Shown here piece after piece: positions 53,157 to 61,453 of a stretch of 64,000 nucleotides of DNA. Position numbers and translations under genes: made by a program. The stretch is from Candidatus Nomurabacteria bacterium (GTDB lineage: Bacteria; Patescibacteriota; Minisyncoccia; Phycocordibacterales; UBA9973), in assembly GCA_023267375.1 (NCBI GenBank), contig JAHFNJ010000005.1, positions 1,285-65,284 on the forward strand, in the 5' to 3' direction. Under the pieces are notes generated by a model. That model ran no database searches and was not told the DNA's origin. It was given only the letters and a program-made list of their open reading frames with translations. Position 1 is the first letter of the stretch. Each line of letters opens with the position of its first letter.

Positions 53157-54281
53157 ATGAAAACCATTGGTATTGTTGGCGGAGGACAGCTTGGCAAAAT
53201 GCTCGCTGATGCAGCTAAAAAGCTTGGTTTTAAAACCATTGTTCTCGACCCGACACCAAATGCGCCCGCTTCACTTTCGGCCGATAAACAGATTGTTGGT
53301 AGCTTTAAAGACAAGCAGAAAATTTTGGAACTTGCAGATGAAGTCGATGTGATTACTTTTGAAATTGAATCCGCGAATGCAGAAGCACTTGATGAATTGG
53401 AAAAGAAGGGAAAGGAAGTACACCCATCCCCAAAAACACTTTCAATCATCAAAGATAAATTTGAACAGAAAAATTTCCTGCGCGAGCACGATATCGCAGT
53501 TGCAGATTTTGCCTTGATTGAAAATGAAGATGACTGTTTAAAACAAGGTAAACTATTCGGCTACCCATTTTTACTCAAGGCACGTTTTGATGCCTACGAT
53601 GGTCGTGGCAATTTTGTGATAAAAAGTGAGGGTGATATTACTCCAGCATTTGAAAAGCTTAAATCAAGCCCGCTCTACGCTGAAAAGTTTGTGCCATTTG
53701 TAAAAGAATTGGCTGTTGTTTCCGTGAGGGGGAAGGACGGCAAAATAGTTTCATTCCCGACTGTTGAGACGGTGCATAAAAACAATATTTGTCATATCGT
53801 ACGTTCTCCAGCTCCGGTCTCTGAAGAAATACGCTCTCGCGCAGAAACACTTGCACGCAGCGTACTTTCTGCGCTTGAAGGGGTTGGTGTCTTTGCTATC
53901 GAAATGTTTTTAACAGCCGATGGTGAAGTGTTGGTGAATGAAATTGCTCCACGCGTACACAATTCAGGACACCACACAATTGAAGCCTTTACTGCTTCGC
54001 AGTTCGAGCAGCATATCCGCGCTATTGCTGGCATGCCACTCGTTGATCCATCACCCAATGCAGAAGTCTCAGTTATGATCAATATTTTGGGTGAACAGAG
54101 CGGTCCCGCGATTCCAAAAGGTGTTATGGAAGCAGAAAATCTTGGCGATACTACTGTACATATTTATGGTAAAATGGAAACTCGTCCAGAGCGTAAAATG
54201 GGACACATTACTACGTTGGCTAAGACGCTTTCCGAAGCTGAAGAAAAAGCGGTGAAAGCGCGCAAACATATTTCAATATAA
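53157..54281 (+). CDS. purK: N5-carboxyaminoimidazole ribonucleotide synthase
   Basis: [25 protein letters not shown]... followed by an ATP-grasp domain. The stop overlaps the purE start. Confidence 0.8.
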   Translation: MKTIGIVGGGQLGKMLADAAKKLGFKTIVLDPTPNAPASLSADKQIVGSFKDKQKILELADEVDVITFEIESANAEALDELEKKGKEVHPSPKTLSIIKDKFEQKNFLREHDIAVADFALIENEDDCLKQGKLFGYPFLLKARFDAYDGRGNFVIKSEGDITPAFEKLKSSPLYAEKFVPFVKELAVVSVRGKDGKIVSFPTVETVHKNNICHIVRSPAPVSEEIRSRAETLARSVLSALEGVGVFAIEMFLTADGEVLVNEIAPRVHNSGHHTIEAFTASQFEQHIRAIAGMPLVDPSPNAEVSVMINILGEQSGPAIPKGVMEAENLGDTTVHIYGKMETRPERKMGHITTLAKTLSEAEEKAVKARKHISI

Positions 54282-54802
54282 TGAAAAAAAATATTCAAGT
54301 TGGGATAATTATGGGTTCCGATTCAGATTTGCCAGTCATGCAGGACGCAGCGGCAATACTCGATGATTTTGGGGTGAGTTATGAAATCACTGTTGTTTCA
54401 GCGCACCGTACGCCTGATGTGCTGGTGAGCTATTCAACAAAAGCAGCTAGTCGCGGGCTCAAGATTATTATCGCAGGTGCAGGCGGGGCAGCTCACCTGC
54501 CTGGTATGGTAGCTTCTATGACGGTGCTTCCAGTTATCGGCGTGCCGGTCAAAACAAAAACAATGGATGGTCTTGATTCACTCCTTTCAATTGCTCAGAT
54601 GCCGCCTGGTGTGCCAGTAGCGAGTGTTGCTGTGAATGGTGCAAAAAATGCCGGCCTTTTGGCGGTGCAGATGTTAGGAATGACTGACAAAAATCTCCAG
54701 AAGAAAATGGCTGCGTACAAAAAGAAAATGAATGTTGAAGTAAAAGGAAAAGCAGAGAAGCTTATCAAGAAAGGATACAAAAAATATTTAGCTGAAAAAT
54801 AA
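54281..54802 (+). CDS. purE: N5-carboxyaminoimidazole ribonucleotide mutase
   Basis: ...[40 protein letters not shown]...[17 protein letters not shown]: canonical PurE motifs. Confidence 0.85.
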   Translation: MKKNIQVGIIMGSDSDLPVMQDAAAILDDFGVSYEITVVSAHRTPDVLVSYSTKAASRGLKIIIAGAGGAAHLPGMVASMTVLPVIGVPVKTKTMDGLDSLLSIAQMPPGVPVASVAVNGAKNAGLLAVQMLGMTDKNLQKKMAAYKKKMNVEVKGKAEKLIKKGYKKYLAEK

Positions 54803-54805
54803 TCT

Positions 54806-55846
54806 ATGTCGGATTTATACACACAAGCAGGAGTAAATATTGAAGCAGGGAATGAAGTCGTGCGACGCATTAAGGCAGACGTGGCAGCAACGCATACGAG
54901 TGCAGTGCTCACGGGTATTGGCAGCTTTGGTGCGCTCTATGATCTGGGTGATATCATCAAAAACTACAAACACCCGGTTTTGGTGCAGAGTATCGATGGC
55001 GTCGGTACGAAGCTCTCTGTTGCTCGCATGATGAACAAATATGATACCGTTGGTGCAGACATTGTGAATCATTGCTGCGATGATCTTTTAGCTATGGGTG
55101 CCCGTCCACTGACCTTTCTCGATTATGTAGCCCACGATAAGCTTGATCCAGCTGTGATGGCCGCAATGGTGGCTGGGATGGCAAAAGCCTGCCGAGAGGC
55201 TGGGGTAGCGCTTACTGGAGGAGAAACAGCTGAAATGCCAGGTGTGTATATGAAAGGCGAGCATGACATTGCTGGTTCAATTACTGGGGTTGTTGAAAAA
55301 GAAAAAATTATTACCGGTGAACGAATCGAGGAAGGTGATCTTATTTTTGGCTTTGCCTCAAGTGGTTTGCATACGAATGGTTTTTCTTTGGCACGTAAAT
55401 TACTTTTTGATGTCGCAGGACATACCGTCGAAACAAATGTGCCAGAACTTGGGATGATAGTGGGGGAAGCACTTTTGAAAACGCATGTGAACTATTGTCC
55501 GCCGGTGCTTTCGATGCTCGATGCTGGCGCTGATATTCGTGGTATTGCGCATATTACCGGTGGTGGATTTTTAGAAAACATTCCGCGCGTTTTACCAAAA
55601 AATCTCGATGCTGAAATTACAAAAGGAACCTGGCCAATGCTGCCAATTTTCCCGTATATGCAAAAAATCGGCACTGTTGCCGAAGAAGAAATGTACCGCG
55701 TATTCAATATGAGTATTGGTTTGGTGGTTGTGGTGCCAGGAACCGAAAAAGAAAAAATACAATCCATGATACAAAAATATTCTGATTACAAAATGTTTGA
55801 GATTGGGAAAATTATAAACGGGGAAGGGAAGGTTGTTCTTAAATAA
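54806..55846 (+). CDS. purM: Phosphoribosylformylglycinamidine cyclo-ligase (AIR synthetase)
   Basis: MSDLYTQAGVNIEAGNEVV...DGVGTKL...AHITGGGF: PurM signature. Confidence 0.85.
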   Translation: MSDLYTQAGVNIEAGNEVVRRIKADVAATHTSAVLTGIGSFGALYDLGDIIKNYKHPVLVQSIDGVGTKLSVARMMNKYDTVGADIVNHCCDDLLAMGARPLTFLDYVAHDKLDPAVMAAMVAGMAKACREAGVALTGGETAEMPGVYMKGEHDIAGSITGVVEKEKIITGERIEEGDLIFGFASSGLHTNGFSLARKLLFDVAGHTVETNVPELGMIVGEALLKTHVNYCPPVLSMLDAGADIRGIAHITGGGFLENIPRVLPKNLDAEITKGTWPMLPIFPYMQKIGTVAEEEMYRVFNMSIGLVVVVPGTEKEKIQSMIQKYSDYKMFEIGKIINGEGKVVLK

Positions 55847-55849
55847 TAT

Positions 55850-56809
55850 ATGGAAATTGAAACTATTAAAGCGCATTTGAACGACGTCATAAAAGAAACT
55901 GATTTTCCGTCGCTTGGCGAGAAGAAGATCGGCAAAGTGCGCGACATTTATATTGCGCCGGATAAAATTACGCTCGTTGCTACAGACCGTCACTCCTCAT
56001 TTGATCGCATCATCGCCCATATTCCATTTAAGGGCGAAGTATTAAATCAGATCAGCGCGTTTTGGTTTGAGCAAACGAAGGACATTATTCAAAATCATGT
56101 TATTTCAGTGCCTGACCCAAACGTACTGATTGCCAAAAAGTGTACACCACTACCCATCGAAGCTGTGATGCGCGGATATATTACTGGCGTGACCTCGACG
56201 TCACTGTGGACGCACTACAAAGATGGCAAGCGCGACTTTGGCAATTTTGTCTTGCCGGAAGGTCTCAAGAAAAATCAAAAACTTCCACAGCCGGTTTTTA
56301 CGCCTTCCACCAAATCCGACGAACATGATCGCACGCTTTCACCGCAGGAAATTGTGGCCGAGGGAATTCTCTCGGCTGAAATGGTGGCTGAAGTTGAACG
56401 CGTAGCGACAGCACTCTTTTTACGAGGACAAGAAATTGCTGCTAAACACGGCCTTATTTTAGTCGACACAAAATATGAGTTTGGTTTAGATAGCGACGGC
56501 AAGCTCACGCTTATCGATGAAATCCACACACCGGATTCATCACGTTATTGGAAAGCGGGAAGTTATGACGAGCGATTTAGCAAAGGTGAAGAACCAGAAT
56601 ATTTTGATAAAGAATTTTTACGTCTCTGGTTTAAAGAAAACTGCGATCCGTACAAAGATGCAGTATTGCCAGAAGCTCCGGCGGACCTTGTGGCGGAACT
56701 CTCTAGACGCTATATTGAGATTTACGAGACGATTACTGGCAAGCCATTTACTCACGATTTCAACCTGCCGTTACTCGAACGGATTAAGAAAAATCTTTCA
56801 ATCATCTAA
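55850..56809 (+). CDS. purC: Phosphoribosylaminoimidazole-succinocarboxamide synthase (long form)
   Basis: ...GKVRDIYIAPDKITLVATDRHSSFDRI...LILVDTKYEFG...: SAICAR synthetase motifs. 319 aa. Confidence 0.85.
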   Translation: MEIETIKAHLNDVIKETDFPSLGEKKIGKVRDIYIAPDKITLVATDRHSSFDRIIAHIPFKGEVLNQISAFWFEQTKDIIQNHVISVPDPNVLIAKKCTPLPIEAVMRGYITGVTSTSLWTHYKDGKRDFGNFVLPEGLKKNQKLPQPVFTPSTKSDEHDRTLSPQEIVAEGILSAEMVAEVERVATALFLRGQEIAAKHGLILVDTKYEFGLDSDGKLTLIDEIHTPDSSRYWKAGSYDERFSKGEEPEYFDKEFLRLWFKENCDPYKDAVLPEAPADLVAELSRRYIEIYETITGKPFTHDFNLPLLERIKKNLSII

Positions 56810-56811
56810 CT

Positions 56812-58182
56812 ATGAATACAAATGCTATAGACCCACTGGATGGACGATATTCCGAGAGAATACAGGCCCTTGTGCCATATTTTTCAGAGCCGGCACTCAT
56901 GAAGTATCGCGTCATGATGGAGTGTGAATATTTGATCACCCTTTCTTCATCTGGTAAGACTGGTTTGCGGAAGTTTACACCGGCGGAAATAAAAACACTT
57001 CGCGGTCTGTATGAAAAATGGAGTGATGAGTCTTACACAAAAATAAAAGAATTTGAGGCAACAACAAACCACGATGTAAAATCGGTAGAATATTTCATAA
57101 AAGAGAAAATGAAAAATACCTCACTCAAAAATGCGATTGAGTGGGTGCACTTTGCGACGACCTCCGAAGATACGAACAATATCGCTTATGCGCTTATGAT
57201 TCGTGATTCACTCGAGAATGTGATGATTCCAAAACTAAAAGAAATCGTCGGGGTGCTTGATGTAATGGCAAAAAAATATAAAGCATTGCCGATGCTTGCC
57301 CGTACGCACGGACAGAGTGCTTCGCCGACAACTTTTGGTAAAGAGATGAAGGTGTTTATTGCCCGTCTCCAAAAACGTCTTGATGGTCTAATGAATATTA
57401 AGATTCAGGCAAAACTAAACGGTGCGACAGGCAATTGGAATGCGCATATGGCGGCATATCCTAAGGTAAACTGGCCAGATTTCAGTAAGAAATTTATTGA
57501 AAGTTTCAACACTGGCCATACGCAAAAACTCGAGGCAAATCTTATTACAACGCAAATAGAATGTCATGACAGTTATGTAGCGGTGTTTGATGCGGTCCGT
57601 CAGATCAACAGTGTTCTTCTCGATTTCAACCAGGATATGTGGCGCTACATTTCTGATGGTTGGGTGACACAGAAACCAAAGGCCGGAGAAGTTGGCTCAT
57701 CGACCATGCCTCACAAAGTAAATCCGATTGATTTTGAAAATAGTGAAGGGAACTTAGGTATTGCAAACGCACTCTTTGAATTTTTTGCGCGCAAGCTTCC
57801 TGTTTCGCGACTACAGCGCGACCTTTCTGATTCCACGGTGGAGCGTGCCTTTGGAACGGCATTCGGTCACTCCTATCTTGCGTATGTGATGCTTGAAAAG
57901 GGATTAGGGAAAATCACTGTCAACGAGCAACGTATCCAGCAAGATCTCCTTGCTCATCCAGAGGTGATTGCTGAAGCAATTCAGACCATTCTCCGTCGTG
58001 AGAGCTACCCAGTGCCCTACGAAGCCCTCAAAGAGTTGACGCGTGGCAAAGAACTCGTGATGGCAGATTTTGCAGCGTTTATTGATGGGCTCAAAGTATC
58101 AGCGCAAGTTAAGACAGAGCTTAAGAAAATCACTCCGCTTTCATACACGGGCCTCGCAGAGAAGTTGGCGGGAGATAAGTAA
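56812..58182 (+). CDS. purB: Adenylosuccinate lyase
   Basis: 456 aa. Fumarate-lyase signature ...GSSTMPHKVNPIDFENSEG... and ...HFATTSEDTNN.... Confidence 0.85.
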   Translation: MNTNAIDPLDGRYSERIQALVPYFSEPALMKYRVMMECEYLITLSSSGKTGLRKFTPAEIKTLRGLYEKWSDESYTKIKEFEATTNHDVKSVEYFIKEKMKNTSLKNAIEWVHFATTSEDTNNIAYALMIRDSLENVMIPKLKEIVGVLDVMAKKYKALPMLARTHGQSASPTTFGKEMKVFIARLQKRLDGLMNIKIQAKLNGATGNWNAHMAAYPKVNWPDFSKKFIESFNTGHTQKLEANLITTQIECHDSYVAVFDAVRQINSVLLDFNQDMWRYISDGWVTQKPKAGEVGSSTMPHKVNPIDFENSEGNLGIANALFEFFARKLPVSRLQRDLSDSTVERAFGTAFGHSYLAYVMLEKGLGKITVNEQRIQQDLLAHPEVIAEAIQTILRRESYPVPYEALKELTRGKELVMADFAAFIDGLKVSAQVKTELKKITPLSYTGLAEKLAGDK

Positions 58183-58189
58183 TTTCACT

Positions 58190-58957
58190 ATGCGTATCAA
58201 TTTTTTTGAGGAGTATCCAACAGCGGAAAATCTACTCAAAGCAAAAATGGTCGACTTTCCATCGACGATTTTTTTAGCAGCTCATTCTCTGCAAGAATTT
58301 AAAGAAGTTCGAGAAAAATTAAAAGCAGTAAACCCGCTTGTCGAAGTTGCCTACTGGCCTATCTTGCCCAAAACGTACTGGCTATCGCCATTTATGGATA
58401 CTGTCGATCTTGTGCATTTTATTGATGAAATGAAAAATGCCGGTGAGTCAATTACTGTCTTGGCAGACCTTGAGCTCCCGCTGGCAAAACTTGCGTATCT
58501 ATATGTTAAAAACTGTTTTGCGTTTTCAGAAAATAAAAAATTGCTACAATCTTTTTTTGCGAATGCACCAGAATGGGGGATAAAAATCATCGCTGCCGAA
58601 TATCCGCCACCATCTGATTTTTGGGCAAAACTATTCCGTAAACTGGGTGTTTCGTATGACGTGAACGAGTATCACCATACGTCGTGCGTGATGTATTACA
58701 CGAGCATGATTCCTCAGGCGATACTTCCTAGAACGCGTGAGATGATTCAAAAACTACAGAAAGAGAATGGAGCGCTCGAGCTTGGGTTGGGTACGATCGC
58801 TACGGGGATGCTTGAAAATGAGCCGCTTTTGCCCGCGGAAGAATTGGATCGAGATTTAGCTTTTATGAAAGAAAATAATTTCACTACAGCCACCATTTTT
58901 CGACTCGGAGGTCTCACTGAAGAGTATTATCGAGTCATTCGAAAATACACGAATTGA
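58190..58957 (+). CDS. Hypothetical protein
   Basis: 255 aa from the MRINFFEEYP start; the track start at 58070 overlaps the purB 3' end. No recognisable domain. Confidence 0.45.
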   Translation: MRINFFEEYPTAENLLKAKMVDFPSTIFLAAHSLQEFKEVREKLKAVNPLVEVAYWPILPKTYWLSPFMDTVDLVHFIDEMKNAGESITVLADLELPLAKLAYLYVKNCFAFSENKKLLQSFFANAPEWGIKIIAAEYPPPSDFWAKLFRKLGVSYDVNEYHHTSCVMYYTSMIPQAILPRTREMIQKLQKENGALELGLGTIATGMLENEPLLPAEELDRDLAFMKENNFTTATIFRLGGLTEEYYRVIRKYTN

Positions 58958-59012
58958 AAACATCGGTAATTTGTAGTACCATCAGTGCTGTTGTTTTTTA
59001 GTTTGCTGATAA

Positions 59013-59085
59013 GCCGTTGTAGCTCAGTTGGTAGAGCACGTCATTGGTAATGACGAGGTCTCCGGTTCAATCCCGGACAACGGCT
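59013..59085 (+). tRNA. tRNA-Thr (anticodon GGU)
   Basis: Manual fold: GCCGTTG/TA/GCTC-AGTTGGTA-GAGC/A/CGTCA-TTGGTAA-TGACG/AGGTC/TCCGG-TTCAATC-CCGGA/CAACGGC/T. All stems are perfect. Confidence 0.85.
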
Positions 59086-59231
59086 CTAGAGAACCTGTTC
59101 TTTTGAATAGAATAATGATATGGACGTTTGTTTCGGATTCAACCACACTATTCAAATACAATCCGTTTCAAATTAATTTGTCCAGCTTTCCATCTTTTCA
59201 ACCCCGTAAGGTTGTACCGGAAAGCCTTTTT

Positions 59232-59304
59232 GCCACCTTAGCTCAGTTGGTAGAGCACGTCTTTCGTAAAGACGGGGTCCGCAGTTCGATCCTGCGAGGT
59301 GGCT
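59232..59304 (+). tRNA. tRNA-Thr (anticodon CGU)
   Basis: Manual fold: GCCACCT/TA/GCTC-AGTTGGTA-GAGC/A/CGTCT-TTCGTAA-AGACG/GGGTC/CGCAG-TTCGATC-CTGCG/AGGTGGC/T. Confidence 0.85.
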
Positions 59305-59305
59305 C

Positions 59306-59412
59306 ACGAAGTGAGGTAGCTCAGTTCGCAACCTGCGTTGCGAACGGCAGGATCGAAAGACTTTTCCGTACAAGCGAAGCGAGGTGGAAAAGTACCTGGC
59401 TATGTAATAGCC
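59306..59412 (+). mobile_element. 107-bp insert flanked by an 18-bp direct repeat of the tRNA-Thr(CGU) 3' end; homolog of the element after tRNA-fMet
   Basis: gatcctgcgaggtggctc occurs at 59288-59305 (inside the tRNA) and again at 59413-59430. The insert shares gaaagactttTC...GAAAAGTACCTGGCTAyGTrrTAGCC with the 23679-23810 insert, including a covarying hairpin (ggctatGTAatagcc vs ggctacGTGgtagcc). It also contains a tRNA-like fragment, GGTAGCTCAGTT...GGATCGAAAG. Confidence 0.35.
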
Positions 59413-59448
59413 GATCCTGCGAGGTGGCTCCAAATATCCACATTTTCT

Positions 59449-59475
59449 TGATATTTTTCGAGAATCTGCTATAGT
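59449..59475 (+). promoter_or_regulatory. Putative sigma70-type promoter for rpmF (TTGATA-N16-TATAGT with TGc extended -10)
   Basis: ttgata tttttcgagaatctgc TATAGT. The -10 ends 9 nt before the rpmF ATG at 59485, a leaderless-like arrangement. Confidence 0.4.
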
Positions 59476-59484
59476 ATCCACATT

Positions 59485-59712
59485 ATGGTAGTACGAATGC
59501 GACACACACGGGCTCACACGGCAAACCGCCGTTCCCACCACGCTTTAAAAGCAGCGTCTTTTTCAGTATGTTCAAATTGTAAGGCTAAGGTTGTTCCTCA
59601 CACTGTTTGCAAGGCGTGTGGTTTCTACAAGGGCCGAAACGTTATCGACTTGGTTAAGAAAGTTGAAAAGAAACAGAAGAAAGCTAAGGCAAAGGCAGCA
59701 GAAGCAAAGTAG
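59485..59712 (+). CDS. rpmF: 50S ribosomal protein L32
   Basis: 75 aa. MVVRMRHTRAHTANRRSHHALK... matches the L32 N-terminal signature, followed by a Lys/Ala-rich tail. Confidence 0.8.
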   Translation: MVVRMRHTRAHTANRRSHHALKAASFSVCSNCKAKVVPHTVCKACGFYKGRNVIDLVKKVEKKQKKAKAKAAEAK

Positions 59713-59776
59713 TATCTGGGCTTGTTTCTTGAGGTTTAACATATACTAAAATGGTGCGCGGGTTAGTGAGTTCTTT

Positions 59777-60673
59777 ATGGCAAATAGACATTTATCACGA
59801 TCAATTGTGCTCCAAATCCTCTTTGAGTGGGATTTTAATGGGGGGCATACTGAAAATGTAAAAGAAATAACTGGACGAATCATTGAAGAATTCGGCCCTG
59901 GTTTAAACGACAGCGCCTTTGTGAATGGCCTTGTTGATCTTGTCATTACAAAACAGAAAATAATCGATGAAATCATCGAGAAAGCTGCGCCTGATTGGCC
60001 GATCGCAAAAATCTCCATCGTTGATCGCAATATCCTCCGCATGGGACTTACGGAGCTTCTTTTTGGCGACCGTGAGCAAGTGCCGCCGAAGGTAGCCATT
60101 AATGAGGCTATTGAGCTCGCTAAGACCTTTGGAGGTGAGAACTCAAGTAAGTTCGTCAACGGTGTACTCGGTGCGGTATACAAGGAAATTGGCGAACCAG
60201 GCAAAGAACAAGTAAGTAAGAAGAAAAAGGAAGATGTCGTGATTGACCCATCAAAACTACCTGTTGAAAAGAAGGGTGGTGCGGTTGTGTATGCGAGGCA
60301 TGATGGTACAATTTACTTCGCATTAGTGCATGACGTTTTCGGTTATTGGACGCTCTCAAAGGGCGGTATCGAAGCCGGAGAAGATGAAAAGCAGGCGACC
60401 ATCCGTGAAATCAAGGAGGAAATCGGACTTGATATCACCATTGTTGAAAAGCTCGGCGAGAACGAGTATATTGCTTCACATCCGGTGCAGGGCAAGATTC
60501 GAAAGCAGGTGTCCTATTTCTTGGGCGAATCTGAGTACAAGCCAGTTGTGCTTGAAGAATCTGGTGGACTCGATGATGCCAAATGGTTTTCAATGGCGGA
60601 AGTTGCAAACCTGAAGATGTATGATGATATTTTTCCGCTGATCGGCAAGTCGGTTGAACTATTAACAAAGTAA
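59777..60673 (+). CDS. nusB: NusB antitermination factor fused to a C-terminal NUDIX hydrolase domain
   Basis: The N-terminal ~150 aa are NusB-like (...SRSIVLQILFEWDF...VDRNILRMGLTELLF...AINEAIELAKTFGGENSSKFVNGVLGAV). The C-terminal ~140 aa carry a NUDIX box, GGIEAGEDEKQATIREIKEEIGL (G-x5-E-x7-REUxEExGU). Confidence 0.7.
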   Translation: MANRHLSRSIVLQILFEWDFNGGHTENVKEITGRIIEEFGPGLNDSAFVNGLVDLVITKQKIIDEIIEKAAPDWPIAKISIVDRNILRMGLTELLFGDREQVPPKVAINEAIELAKTFGGENSSKFVNGVLGAVYKEIGEPGKEQVSKKKKEDVVIDPSKLPVEKKGGAVVYARHDGTIYFALVHDVFGYWTLSKGGIEAGEDEKQATIREIKEEIGLDITIVEKLGENEYIASHPVQGKIRKQVSYFLGESEYKPVVLEESGGLDDAKWFSMAEVANLKMYDDIFPLIGKSVELLTK

Positions 60674-60675
60674 CT

Positions 60676-60745
60676 AGGTTCTAGGTTCTAGTTGCTAGGT
60701 TCTAGTGGAATGCACTAGCCCCTAACAACTAGCCCCTAGCCACTA
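60676..60745. repeat. Tandem CTAG-containing heptamer repeats (about 10 units) in the nusB-rnc intergenic region
   Basis: ctaggtt ctaggtt ctagttg ctaggtt ctagtgg aatgca ctagccc ctaacaa ctagccc ctagcca ctatggc: 7-nt periodicity with a CTAG core. Confidence 0.6.
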
Positions 60746-61446
60746 TGGCTATGGTTGATTTCGGAGAGTTTGAGAAAAAAACAAAAATTGTTTTCAATGA
60801 TAAAAAATTACTAACGCAGGCATTTGTGCATCGTTCGTATATAAACGAAAATCCAAACTTGGGTCTCTCGCACAATGAGCGACTCGAGTTTTTGGGTGAT
60901 GCCGTGCTTGAACTTGTGGTGACTGATTATCTCTATAAAAAATATGGAACACAGACCGAAGGGGAACTCACCTCATATCGTGCAGCCCTCGTGAACGCAG
61001 TTATTATCGGTGAAATTGCAGCAGGACTCATGATGAATGATTACCTGCTTCTTTCTCGTGGTGAGGCAAAAGATAATGGTAAAGCACGTCAGTATATTCT
61101 CGCCAATACCTACGAAGCATTTGTAGGCGCAGTGTATCTTGATCAGGGCTATGCAGTTGCAGAAAAATTTATCGCCGAAACACTCTTCCCTCGTGTAGAG
61201 AAAATCGTTTCCCAGAAACTGTGGCGTGATGCAAAAAGTTTGGTACAGGAAAAAGCACAGGAGTATGTAAACGTCACACCATCATACAAAGTACTCTCTG
61301 AAGCTGGCCCTGATCATGACAAGCATTTTACGGTTGGTATATACTTTGGTAACAACGTGATTGCGGAAGGAAAAGGAAAATCAAAACAAGAAGCTGAACA
61401 GAAAGCCGCTCAAGAAGCATTAAAGGTGAAGAAGTGGGAAGATTAA
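60745..61446 (+). CDS. rnc: Ribonuclease III
   Basis: 233 aa. ...HNERLEFLGDAVLELVV... is the RNase III catalytic signature. A C-terminal dsRBD is present (...GKGKSKQEAEQKAAQEAL). Confidence 0.85.
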   Translation: MAMVDFGEFEKKTKIVFNDKKLLTQAFVHRSYINENPNLGLSHNERLEFLGDAVLELVVTDYLYKKYGTQTEGELTSYRAALVNAVIIGEIAAGLMMNDYLLLSRGEAKDNGKARQYILANTYEAFVGAVYLDQGYAVAEKFIAETLFPRVEKIVSQKLWRDAKSLVQEKAQEYVNVTPSYKVLSEAGPDHDKHFTVGIYFGNNVIAEGKGKSKQEAEQKAAQEALKVKKWED

Positions 61447-61453
61447 TCATTAT

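Noticed and set aside
59028-59541. Track ORFs 59028-59474 (+, 148 aa) and 59173-59541 (-, 122 aa)
   Set aside because: Both lie entirely across the two tRNA-Thr genes and the duplicated tRNA 3' segment. They have no coding signal and overlap the rpmF promoter. They are spurious reading frames through structural RNA genes.
60676-60745. CTAG heptamer array as a CRISPR array
   Set aside because: Repeats are 7 nt with no spacers of 25-40 nt and no cas genes. It is a microsatellite-like repeat, not a CRISPR array.
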